Assembly (NCBI GenBank): GCA_918797485.1
Contig: CAKKNE010000002.1
Span: 2,666,001-2,730,000 of the forward strand
Origin: Pelagomonas calceolata
Lineage: Eukaryota
Length of the DNA: 64,000 nt
Direction: 5' to 3'
Numbering within the stretch: position 1 is the stretch's first letter; each line of letters opens with the position of its first letter. The notes under the pieces are model-generated. The model did not search any database. It saw only the letters and a program-made list of their open reading frames with translations, and was not told the DNA's origin. This document shows, in pieces, positions 49,805-58,979 of this stretch. Made by a program: the position numbers and the translations under genes.

Positions 49805-52792
49805 ATGCTGCACGTCTTCCTGCGCCGAGCCGCGCAGCGCGCTGCAAGACGACGGCGACACTTGTCCACGAAGTCGCCAAGACGACAGCAGTCCACGAAG
49901 CCGCCGACGCGCCGGCAGTCCGTCGCGCCGCAGCTCGCCGTCCTCGAGGACGACTTCTTGGAACAGCAGACCTACTACCAGCCCACGGCTACGGAGGCCA
50001 TCCAGCACCAGGTCGAAATGATCGACGAGGAGGAGCAGGAGCTCCAACGGTACAACGAACTTTACAGGAGACAGATCGAGACCGAGGAGGAGTGCCTCGA
50101 GAAGGCGTCGGCGGACTACGCGGCGATGGTCGACGAGCTCATGGCGCTCGGCAAGGGCGCCGAGCTCAAACCGGTCCAGGCGCTGGTTGCGTCGTGGTAC
50201 GAGCCGCTCGTCGACGTGATTGTCGAGGAGCGGAACAACGCGCTGGCGGGCGCGAAGTCTCCGGACCTGAAGATCTATGGACCACTCCTGCTGTTGTTAC
50301 CACCGGAGCAATTAGCTGTGCTGACGATGCATCATGTGCTCGGCCACTGCCTCAAGCACGGCGAGCCCGGTGCCAAATATTCTTCTCTCGTGACGGCGTT
50401 GGGCGAGGCGATCCAGGTCGAAGCACGAGTTTTGCGAGTAAGGCAGCAACGGCGGCGGCACCTCGCGTCTCGACGGGGCGAGAGCGACGAGCTCGCAAAC
50501 GAGGAGGCGAAGGAGGCCCTCAAGGCGAAATTGGGTCGGGGGCGCTTCCTCGACGCGAAGGCACTGGCTCGATTACCGCAGCACGTCGTCAACGCGCGGG
50601 CGAAGAAAGCCTTGGAGGAGGACGATGCGGACGACGCGGACTGGCCGACGATGACGCGGGCGAAGCTGGGAGGCGTCTTAGTGACGCGGTTCTTAGACGT
50701 TGCTGTTGATAACGAAGGGAATCGACTGTTCGAGCACGACGTGGTCGTGAAACTGAAGCGGAAGGTCGGCGTCGTACGCGCGTCGAAGGAGCTCCTGCAG
50801 CGCGCCAGAGGCGACCCGATCATGCTCCAGTGGGCCGCGACGCCGCGGTTCCTCCCGATGTTGGTGGAGCCGCGGCCGTGGCGCGGCTTCCAGAAGGGCG
50901 GCTTTTTGAGGTTACGAGCCGCGGCGATGCGTACGCATGGGTGTGATGTGCAAAGAGAGGCGTTCCTGCGAGCGAACCGGGGTTTGGCCGACGGCGTCCT
51001 GGCGGGGCTGGACGCCATGGGCCGCGTGCCGTGGTCCATCAACGGTCCCATCCTGGACCTGGTCCAGGAGGCCTGGCAGCAGGGCGGGACGTGGCCCGAT
51101 TTACCTTCTTTACATGACTTCGAGATCCGCGAGTACGAGGGCGACGATCCCGAGGCGAAGGAATTGCACGGGAGGCGCAACGCCAAATTGCGACGGAAGA
51201 ACGCGGAACTGCATTCTTTAAGATGTGACACGACCTTAAAGCTAGACATCGCCGAACGCTTTCGAAACGACGCGTTCTACTTTCCGTACAACGTGGACTT
51301 CCGCGGGCGGGCCTATCCTTTGCCACCTAATTTAAACCACCTCGGCAGCGACGTGTGTCGCGCGGTCTTGCAATTCGCGGAACCGAAGCGGTTAGGTGAC
51401 GACGGGTTGTATTGGCTCCGCGTGCACCTCGCGAACTTGTTCGGCCTCGCGAAGCGATCCTTGGAGGAGCGGCACCAGTTCGCTCTCGATAGACACGCGG
51501 ACATTCTAGATAGCTTCACGAATCCGATGCGTGGGAAGCAGTGGTGGCTCGAGGCCGAGGAGCCCTGGCAGGCGTTGGCGTGCATCTGTGAGTTAGGAAG
51601 AGCGTCGCTGCTCGAGGACCCGCGGGACCACTTATGTGCTTTGCCGGTGCATATGGACGGTTCGTGTAACGGGTTGCAGCACTACGCGGCACTCGGGCGG
51701 GACCGCGAAGGCGGGAAGCAGGTTAATCTCATCCCGGGAGACGAGCCGCGCGATGTCTACGAGGGCGTGCGCGCGCTAGTGGCTCAAAAGGTTGCGGCAG
51801 ACGCGAGGTCGTGGGTGACGCCGTCACCACCCGAGGCGTTCGGCGTCTCCCTGGAAGAAGACCCTCATGATGAGGGGATGCTATCACCGGAGGAGGCCGC
51901 GCGGGAGGAGATCGCGCGAGCCGCCCAGGACGAGATCGAGCGAAGTAAGTCGCGACGCGGCGAGACCGAGAAGGAGGCGGCGGTGCGGCGGGCGCAGATC
52001 GTCGACGGTCTCGTCAGTAGGAAGGTCGTGAAGCAGACGGTCATGACGAGTGTGTATGGTGTCACCTTCGTCGGCGCGCGGCAGCAAGTCTTGGCGCGGC
52101 TACAGGACGTCGTCGAGGACTTGCTCACGCATCCGGAAGACAACGCCGAAGAAATTGCGAGGCTGACGGAGCTCGGCGCCATCACGCCGGACGGCGACGC
52201 GGACGACGACGAACTCTACCACTGCGCCTGCTACGTGGCGTCGTTGACGCTGGAGGTTTTGGAGGAGTTATTTACGAGCGCCAGGCAGCTTATGGCCTGG
52301 ATGGCGCAGTGTGCTCGCTTAGTAGCTCAACATGATCAGCCCGTCAGCTGGATCACACCCTTAGGTTTACCTGTCGTGCAACCGTATAGAAGGGACGGGC
52401 AGCACGCAGTTAGGACACTGGCTCAAACCGTGGTGCTCGTCGATCATTCCGATAAACTACCGGTCTCGGTAACGAAGCAGAAGAGCGCTTTTCCTCCGAA
52501 TTACGTCCACTCATTAGATAGTACCCATATGCTCATGACTGCCAACGAGATGGACCATCGCGGTCTCAGATTTGCCGCCGTCCATGATAGTTATTGGACG
52601 CACGCGTGCGACGTACCAGTGATGAACGACACGTTGCGAAGGCAGTTTTTGGCGCTGTACGAAGAGCCGCTGCTCGAACAATTACTGGAGTCCTTCCAAC
52701 TGCGGTACCCAGGCGTCGAGTTCCCACCACTGCCTCCCCGGGGCGACCTGGACGTGACGGAGGTCCTGGCGGCGGACTACTTCTTTTCCTAA
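49805..52792 (+). CDS. POLRMT: Mitochondrial T7-type RNA polymerase
   Basis: PMLVEPRPW, DFRGRAYP, HMDGSCNGLQHY, RKVVKQTVMTSVYG, PPNYVHSLD, VHDSYW, C-terminal YFFS; Arg-rich presequence. Confidence 0.97.
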   Translation: MLHVFLRRAAQRAARRRRHLSTKSPRRQQSTKPPTRRQSVAPQLAVLEDDFLEQQTYYQPTATEAIQHQVEMIDEEEQELQRYNELYRRQIETEEECLEKASADYAAMVDELMALGKGAELKPVQALVASWYEPLVDVIVEERNNALAGAKSPDLKIYGPLLLLLPPEQLAVLTMHHVLGHCLKHGEPGAKYSSLVTALGEAIQVEARVLRVRQQRRRHLASRRGESDELANEEAKEALKAKLGRGRFLDAKALARLPQHVVNARAKKALEEDDADDADWPTMTRAKLGGVLVTRFLDVAVDNEGNRLFEHDVVVKLKRKVGVVRASKELLQRARGDPIMLQWAATPRFLPMLVEPRPWRGFQKGGFLRLRAAAMRTHGCDVQREAFLRANRGLADGVLAGLDAMGRVPWSINGPILDLVQEAWQQGGTWPDLPSLHDFEIREYEGDDPEAKELHGRRNAKLRRKNAELHSLRCDTTLKLDIAERFRNDAFYFPYNVDFRGRAYPLPPNLNHLGSDVCRAVLQFAEPKRLGDDGLYWLRVHLANLFGLAKRSLEERHQFALDRHADILDSFTNPMRGKQWWLEAEEPWQALACICELGRASLLEDPRDHLCALPVHMDGSCNGLQHYAALGRDREGGKQVNLIPGDEPRDVYEGVRALVAQKVAADARSWVTPSPPEAFGVSLEEDPHDEGMLSPEEAAREEIARAAQDEIERSKSRRGETEKEAAVRRAQIVDGLVSRKVVKQTVMTSVYGVTFVGARQQVLARLQDVVEDLLTHPEDNAEEIARLTELGAITPDGDADDDELYHCACYVASLTLEVLEELFTSARQLMAWMAQCARLVAQHDQPVSWITPLGLPVVQPYRRDGQHAVRTLAQTVVLVDHSDKLPVSVTKQKSAFPPNYVHSLDSTHMLMTANEMDHRGLRFAAVHDSYWTHACDVPVMNDTLRRQFLALYEEPLLEQLLESFQLRYPGVEFPPLPPRGDLDVTEVLAADYFFS

Positions 52793-52813
52793 GATGTTGT
52801 GTTTTATCTATAC

Positions 52814-54073
52814 TTAGAGCGCTCTGCGCGTGTCGCAGTCCTCGAAGTAGTCCCCGATGAACTCGACGTACTTCTCCTCATCAAATGAACCCCGGAAGAA
52901 GTTGCACGAGAGGTTGACCTCGAGTAGGCATGCGCCGTGGTCCTTTGACAGAACCACGTCCCACCCTGCCAGGGGTACGGTAGGTAATAACTTCCGGTGC
53001 GCTTCTGTGGCCAAAGCCGCCACTCGTTTCTGAAAATCAGGAACAGTAGCACCAGTAACGCGTTTGCCCGGGCAGTCCGGGTGGTCCAGGATGTCCGGCG
53101 GTGGGGCCCACCGCACGCCGCCGATCAGGCAGTTTCTCAGACCTAGTCGATACCACTGCATGTTCGTCGTGCCGCGGCCGATCTTCCCCGTCTTGACATC
53201 TACATCAAACAGGATGGAGTCGTGGTCCGTCGCGGCGCCTTTGCGCCCCGCTCTGAACACGCACGAGATAGCCTCGATGCTGTTCTCTTTCGATGAGAGG
53301 CCGAGCCGCGACGCGGTCATCACGCGGAACGTCGACAGCGGCGCATTCTCCGGTAACAGACCAGCCACGAACGCTTCGTTCTGCATCACCTCCTGCAGGA
53401 TCCAGTCGCCGCCCTCGAGCGCGTTCCGGAAGAAGTGGATGCCCATGCCGCCCTCCTCGTTTTTATGTTTAATACATAAAGCCGGCGTCTCCAGGACGGG
53501 CGACACGGCCACTCCTTTGTTGCGACCCTTCTCGATGAAGGCCCACTTGTTCTCCATGTCGTAGTCGCCCCATCCCTGCGTCTCCTTTTTGACGCAGAGC
53601 GAGTGCCACGCCGCCAGCCGGCTATTGGTCCGCCAGAGCGAGAACCAGTCGCGCGGCTTGAGGAGTTGTTCCCTGTAGTTCTCCGCGATTTTTCTGAGGG
53701 AGAAGTAGGAGCCCGTGTCGCGCTTGGCCTTGGCTACTGCCGCCACAAAGCTCCAGCACGGCGCGCCGATGAGCAAGAACCCGACCGCGACCGGTCGCAT
53801 GACGCAGACTTTGCTAAGCGCCATGCCCGTGCCCGGGACAGCAACATTGGACAGATTGGCCCGCAAATCCGCGGCATAGCTCGTCGTGCGGTAGTGCGGC
53901 CGGTGCCACATTCTAATAGCCAATGCCGCGCCAAAGACGTGGCAGGCCTGTCGCCGGTCGCCGTCGAAGAATTTCTCGTGCGAGCCCGCGAAGGCGCCGC
54001 CCCGCGCGTAGTACGCGAACGCGCGCCAGTAGCGCAGTGTGTCGCCCGTGATTTGGAGGAGGGCGGGCGGCAT
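52814..54073 (-). CDS. ATP-grasp protein (sugar-transfer-associated/glutamate-ligase-related type)
   Basis: IKHKNEEGGMG, WILQE, LSTFRVMT, FRAGR, AGWDVVL, LLEVN. Confidence 0.75.
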   Translation of the reverse strand: MPPALLQITGDTLRYWRAFAYYARGGAFAGSHEKFFDGDRRQACHVFGAALAIRMWHRPHYRTTSYAADLRANLSNVAVPGTGMALSKVCVMRPVAVGFLLIGAPCWSFVAAVAKAKRDTGSYFSLRKIAENYREQLLKPRDWFSLWRTNSRLAAWHSLCVKKETQGWGDYDMENKWAFIEKGRNKGVAVSPVLETPALCIKHKNEEGGMGIHFFRNALEGGDWILQEVMQNEAFVAGLLPENAPLSTFRVMTASRLGLSSKENSIEAISCVFRAGRKGAATDHDSILFDVDVKTGKIGRGTTNMQWYRLGLRNCLIGGVRWAPPPDILDHPDCPGKRVTGATVPDFQKRVAALATEAHRKLLPTVPLAGWDVVLSKDHGACLLEVNLSCNFFRGSFDEEKYVEFIGDYFEDCDTRRAL

Positions 54074-54408
54074 CGTTTTTTGCCGTGTGCAGTGTGCCTC
54101 GCCGGCGTCAAATGGAGAGCGTTGAGGAGCGATACGCTTAGCACTGATGCGTGTGCTGCGCAGTGACTTTGATGCAGTGTGGCGCACAGGCGTGGAAACG
54201 ATCCGCGTGGAGCAGCGATACGCGCCGCAGTGATGCGGCTGACACGCCTTGCTTGTGCTTGCGTCTGTGTTGCCTCACAGCTGCTCTTTTTGATGTTGAT
54301 GTCGCGCTGGTCGAATTATTATCTAGCGGCAAGTAAAGACACTAGGACCAGTACGGTATATAGCAATTAGGAAAATTCGACCGGGGATAGCTCGCTTTTT
54401 TTGCTCGT

Positions 54409-54667
54409 ATGCGGGGCATGTGTGGAAGCATGGAACCTATCTCGCAGATGCGGGGGGCAGGATTTCGACCGGCTGAAAGGGTCGCGATTGGCGCTCGGCG
54501 CTCGGCACCATAGGTATATATATAATATACCCTTTAAAAAAAATTCACTGGGGACGGCCGGGAAATTTTCTCCGAATGCCGGGCATATGTGGAAGCATGG
54601 AACCTATCTCGCAGATGCGGGGGGCAGGATTTCGACCGGCTGAAAGGGTCGCGATTGGCGCTCGGCG
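54409..54667. repeat. Intergenic direct repeat with an 80-bp identical core (54421-54500, 54588-54667)
   Basis: tgtggaagca...gcgctcggcg occurs twice, offset 167 nt, with an AT-rich spacer. Confidence 0.95.
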
Positions 54668-54717
54668 GCGCTCGGCCGTCGACGCAACGACTAGGAACGT
54701 ACTTAACCACGACCTCT

Positions 54718-56061
54718 CTACTCGACGGGCGCCGCGTTCGACGACCGCAGCCCCGCGCCGAGGTTCTTCAGTCGGTCCGGGATGGCGAAAGCCGGCTTTC
54801 CGACATCTTCCGCCTTAACATTAAAGCGCTTGAGGTCCGAGGCCGTCAGGCCCTGCGCGCCGTCGACGGCGCGACCTAAGGCCGCCGGCTGCAACCAGTG
54901 GAAGCTGAGCGCCACGGGGAAGGGCCAGAGCTTCCGCAGGCCCTGCCGCCCGCCCGGGATGTGCGTGCCGCCGAGCACCGCGGCGTCGAGGCGCTCCTGG
55001 ACGTAGTCGCTCAAAAACATTTCTAAGTCGCGCTTCTGCGCCCGCGCGGACCAAGCCGTCTTCGCCAGCGCCGCCTTGGCCTTCTGGTCGAAGAACGCGA
55101 CCGACTGGGAGACCATTTTTTGGGCATCTTGCCTGACGCCTCGTTGGATCCGTAGACCCTTGAGCTTCTTCTTGAGCTCGCCGAAAGCCTTCGCTCGTAG
55201 CAACTCAAGCTGCGCCGGCAGGACGGTCCGTTCCAGCGCCCGCCTCGCGTCCCTCGCAACACTGTCTCTTGTAGCTTTCAGGAGCGCGCCGCCCTCGCCC
55301 GCCGCCGCGTCGAAGGCCTCCAAGACATCACCGACGACGCCCTCGCACTCCGCTCCTAAAGTTTCGCAGAACGTCGATGCGAGTTGCACTCTAGCTTCTA
55401 ACGCGGCGGCTAATCTCGGGAGGTCCTCCTCGATGGCTTTTGAGGCCGCGGCGACGACGGACGGCGCCGCGCTGACCTCGGCAGCATCCGCTTCCACGGA
55501 GACGGACGCGTGCTTGCTGGCGAAGGCCTGGGCCGCCTTCAATTGCGCGACGGCCTCGGCGCCGCCCTCGGTGGACCCGGCCGCCTGGAGCGCGGCGGCG
55601 ACGGCGGAGGCGTCCTCGACGACCGTCGCCTTCAGGACGGCGTCCCTATCCACGTCGGCCATGGAGGGTGGTTTCGCGGCGGCCGCCCACATTTTATCAA
55701 GCGCCTTTTTTGCCGCCTTTGTGTTGCTCGCGACCACGACCACGACTTTCGGTGGCCGCGCGCCGCCGCTCGACGCCCGTAATGCGAGGTCGACTTCGAC
55801 CGCCTCCAATAAACCAGCGAAATTCGCGTCCGCGCCGTCGCCCGCGGAGTAGACCACCGCGTCGGCGGCGACCATGGTCGCTGTAGTTCCTTCGACGACG
55901 ATGGTGCCTTCTTCTACGCCTTCAATGTCGCCGCAGCCGACGGAGGAGACGGTCCTCACGGGTCCAGCGAGCTTGCTTGCAGCGCGGGCATAGTCGCCCG
56001 GCAGCGTCAGGCCATGCACACAGGCGGCGATGAGTGACACAGTTGCATATCGTCGATGCAT
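54718..56061 (-). CDS. Hypothetical protein with signal peptide and helical C-half (weakly RHD3/Sey1-bundle-like)
   Basis: 447-aa ORF with a hydrophobic N-terminus. The family call is weak. Confidence 0.65.
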   Translation of the reverse strand: MHRRYATVSLIAACVHGLTLPGDYARAASKLAGPVRTVSSVGCGDIEGVEEGTIVVEGTTATMVAADAVVYSAGDGADANFAGLLEAVEVDLALRASSGGARPPKVVVVVASNTKAAKKALDKMWAAAAKPPSMADVDRDAVLKATVVEDASAVAAALQAAGSTEGGAEAVAQLKAAQAFASKHASVSVEADAAEVSAAPSVVAAASKAIEEDLPRLAAALEARVQLASTFCETLGAECEGVVGDVLEAFDAAAGEGGALLKATRDSVARDARRALERTVLPAQLELLRAKAFGELKKKLKGLRIQRGVRQDAQKMVSQSVAFFDQKAKAALAKTAWSARAQKRDLEMFLSDYVQERLDAAVLGGTHIPGGRQGLRKLWPFPVALSFHWLQPAALGRAVDGAQGLTASDLKRFNVKAEDVGKPAFAIPDRLKNLGAGLRSSNAAPVE

Positions 56062-56450
56062 CGTTGCTTGCGAGGCGCCTCGCGCCATGCACATGCGCCT
56101 CAAAACTGGGTGCAAGTGATAGCGCAAACCCGCAAGAAGCGCATGCGTCTCTGCGCGGCGAAGAAGCCTGCAGGATTGACTTCAGGTGTCCTTGGACTCG
56201 GACTGGTCGTCGTTTGCGTCCGGCGGCGGAGGCTTCAGAGTCTCACAAAGGTGGTCCTTGGGGCTCGGCGCTCTCGAGCTAGAGCCAAGGACAAGGGTCT
56301 GTTGTGGCTCTATTTATTGTATAAAGTTCGCGCACAATTGATTTCTCAAGCCGCCTGACGAGTGAAGCTTGAGCAAAAAATCTCCTGAAACCCCTGGACA
56401 CGAGTTCAGATTGCCCAAATCACTCGCGGCGAGACAAATACGTGACAAAA

Positions 56451-56882
56451 ATGACCGGCGCAGACGTCGAACACAGTGCGCAAATCAAAATTCACGGCGT
56501 CATCCTGCACGCCATCGACGCGCGCGACGTCGTCGCGAGCCGGCGGAGCCGCGTCGTCGCCAAAAAATGAGTTACACAGGTCGCACCCGCGAAGCCGCCC
56601 AAGAAGAAGACGGCCCAGGAGAAGCGGCGAGACTTCGACCGCCAGCGCGACTGCGAGAAGTGCCAGCGGACGTGCATGGACTGCATCTATCTGCCGTTTT
56701 TTCTCTGCGCGTCGTGTTGCTGCCGGTCGTGGGTCGCAAAGAAGCGTAAGGAAGAGGAGCACGCCAAGGCCAAGAAAAACCGCGAGCGCCGAGCCAAGGC
56801 CGAGGCCGAGGCCAAGGCCGAGGCCGTCCTCGCCGACCAGCCGAACCTCGCGGAGCCCCTCGGCAACAACGCGACGACGTAG
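56451..56882 (+). CDS. Small Cys-rich membrane-associated protein, 2 exons (56451-56465, 56580-56882)
   Basis: Splicing 56466-56579 (GT-AG, 114 nt) removes an in-frame TGA and gives MTGAD|VAPAKPPKKK...CEKCQRTCMDCIYLPFFLCASCCC. Confidence 0.6.
56466..56579 (+). mobile_element. Degenerate introner-type intron
   Basis: cagtgcgcaaatcaaaattcacggcg begins 8 nt after the GT; core cacgccatcgacgcg; ends ttacacag; flanks gtcgaaca/gtcgcacc. Confidence 0.7.
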
Positions 56883-56913
56883 GCCCTCGCTAGGCTAATA
56901 CACACGACTACAT

Positions 56914-58566
56914 TTACCTCACCTTCGTCGACGCCTTCGAAGGCGCCCCCGGCTGGGGTTTCTTCTTCAGGCGCGGCGGCGCCTTCTTCCGCGGCGGCTG
57001 AGGAGCGATCTCGCCTCTACGAAACGCGTCCGCGGCGTCGGCGCCGGCCTCGAGCCGCGCCGCATCGGCGGAAGCAGAGGCGGCGGACGCCTCGTCCTTG
57101 GCCGCGACCGGCAGATTCAATAAATCCCAGGCCGCCACGACCTCACCATCAAACGCAGAGCGCGCCGCGTCCTCGATCTTCGCCATCACGGCCAGCGCCG
57201 CCGGCGACGCGTCGCCCTTGTAGCGCGGCGAGAAGTGGTTGAGGACCAGGCGCTCCGCGCCAGCTAACGCCGCGAAGCGCCCCGCGAGCTGGGGCGTCGA
57301 GTGGCCGTGAGAAACGCTACTCCGCTCCACTTCTTCTTCGGTGACGTCATTGTCAAAGGGCTCCACCCTACAATTCGTCGCCTCGTGGACCACGACGTCG
57401 GCGCCCCGCGCCGGTAACAACGGTAACAGTGACGACGCGTCCGCCGTGTCCCCACAAAACACGAGCACGCGCCCCCGCTTGTCGGGCCCGACCACATCAT
57501 CTCTTCGAATGACGGCGCCGTCGGGGAACGTGAACTGCTGGTCCGCACCCATCTCCTTGATGACCCTATATAGTCTTCGAGGTTCCTTGATGCCTTTTGC
57601 TTTGAGCGCCTCGATGTTTCGCTCTAAAATAGGTGCGACTTTGTCCACATCCAACGCGCCCGGCCGGTCCGGTTCCACGACTACGAAACCCACGCAAGGT
57701 ACCGTGTGGGCCATCGGCGCCGCTCTTACTGTCAACGCCTTGGACCGTGTCTCGCAGGTCCACGCGCCGTCGGCGTCTCTGGGAATGTTTCTCCCTTCGA
57801 AGACTTCCCCAAAGGCCGCTTCCGACTGGCCCGTCGCCTTCGGCGACACGAAGGGGCCGCGCGGCGGGCCTGCGTTTTTTCTCGTCGTCAACGCGTCGCG
57901 GCGATGGCGTCCAGCTTCACGCCGTCGACGCGCCGCCCCCAACGCAAAGGCAACAATGAAGGACGCCGCGCGCGCACGGAAACCGGGTGGCGGTCGATTC
58001 GGCACGCCAACAAGCTCATGGATAACATGAGGAGCCGCCACTCTGGATTGAGTGAGTTGTAGGGAAGCGCGCACGTACGCGCGCAGACCCTCCGGGCCGA
58101 AGATCTCGATCGGTTGATCACTGGCATCTCGATCCTGCCCACATAAACAGAGCAGCCCGGGCAGGCCGAAGGTGTGGTCGCCGTGGAGATGCGTGACGAA
58201 GATCGCTTCGACCTTGCCCGGTTTCACGAGGGTTGTTCGTTGCGCCTGCACTTGCGTCGCTTCGCCGGCGTCGAACAAGTAGGTGGCGCCGTCGTAGCGT
58301 AATGCCGTGCAGCTTACGCCGCGCGTCACGCTGGGAACGCAGGACGCCGTTCCTAAAAAGGTGATTTCTAGATCAGACGCCGTTTCCGCGAGTTGTTGTT
58401 GCCGCTCCGCGCGGAAGTCATCCGCTCCAGCGTAGGGTTTCAGCCAGTCGTCGAGCTCGGCGGGTTCTTGCGGCAGGCGCGTTGCTCTTTTAACGATGTG
58501 TCGTCGTCTCGCGGGGAGGCGCCAGGCATGGGCTGTGATTACAGTGCTGAGGACAAGCAACTGCAT
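56914..58566 (-). CDS. rnz: Ribonuclease Z (short form), probably plastid-targeted; likely 108-nt intron 57977-57870
   Basis: FLGTAS, FDAGEATQ, THLHGDHTFGLPG, HTVPCVGF, CGDT, VHEAT, GHST, NHFSPRY. Confidence 0.92.
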   Translation of the reverse strand: MQLLVLSTVITAHAWRLPARRRHIVKRATRLPQEPAELDDWLKPYAGADDFRAERQQQLAETASDLEITFLGTASCVPSVTRGVSCTALRYDGATYLFDAGEATQVQAQRTTLVKPGKVEAIFVTHLHGDHTFGLPGLLCLCGQDRDASDQPIEIFGPEGLRAYVRASLQLTQSRVAAPHVIHELVGVPNRPPPGFRARAASFIVAFALGAARRRREAGRHRRDALTTRKNAGPPRGPFVSPKATGQSEAAFGEVFEGRNIPRDADGAWTCETRSKALTVRAAPMAHTVPCVGFVVVEPDRPGALDVDKVAPILERNIEALKAKGIKEPRRLYRVIKEMGADQQFTFPDGAVIRRDDVVGPDKRGRVLVFCGDTADASSLLPLLPARGADVVVHEATNCRVEPFDNDVTEEEVERSSVSHGHSTPQLAGRFAALAGAERLVLNHFSPRYKGDASPAALAVMAKIEDAARSAFDGEVVAAWDLLNLPVAAKDEASAASASADAARLEAGADAADAFRRGEIAPQPPRKKAPPRLKKKPQPGAPSKASTKVR

Positions 58567-58979
58567 GGCTCAACTACCGCTTTGTTGCGTTTCGCAGTGA
58601 TCTGTCCTGATCGATGCGCTACCAGACCAGCCCTTTTTCTCCTTCGAATCGTCCGCGCGGCGGAGTGCAGCAACAGCACCCAGCTTCTCGCCCTGCCCAG
58701 CCTGCACAGCGGCCAAGTCGCGCCTCCACGTACCGGTCCAGGCGCTCAGATGCGGGCCCTAGAGAAGTTCCGCCCTGTCTGGGACGCCACAGCCCGGAGT
58801 GGTCGGATTTGGAAGTTGGAAGCCACCAAGGGCAGGCATGGGCCGGGAGAGCTCTTGCATTGCAAACAGGACCCTCTCTCGTCAGAAGGAGGGCGTGTCC
58901 GGTGGGAACACGAGGGGGGGGGTCGAAGTCGCTGCTTTCATGCATCACCCTGTACACGCAGCAAAAAAGCGAGGCAAAC

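Noticed and set aside
49805..52792. T7-like RNA polymerase as a sign of a phage or viral insert
   Set aside because: It has a mitochondrial-type presequence and YFFS end and sits among housekeeping genes; it is the normal nuclear-encoded POLRMT.
54448..54472. Reverse complement looks like a tRNA T-arm/3' end; the forward strand looks like a tmRNA 5' end
   Set aside because: T stem and loop are imperfect, with no matching acceptor 5' strand, D arm or anticodon arm.
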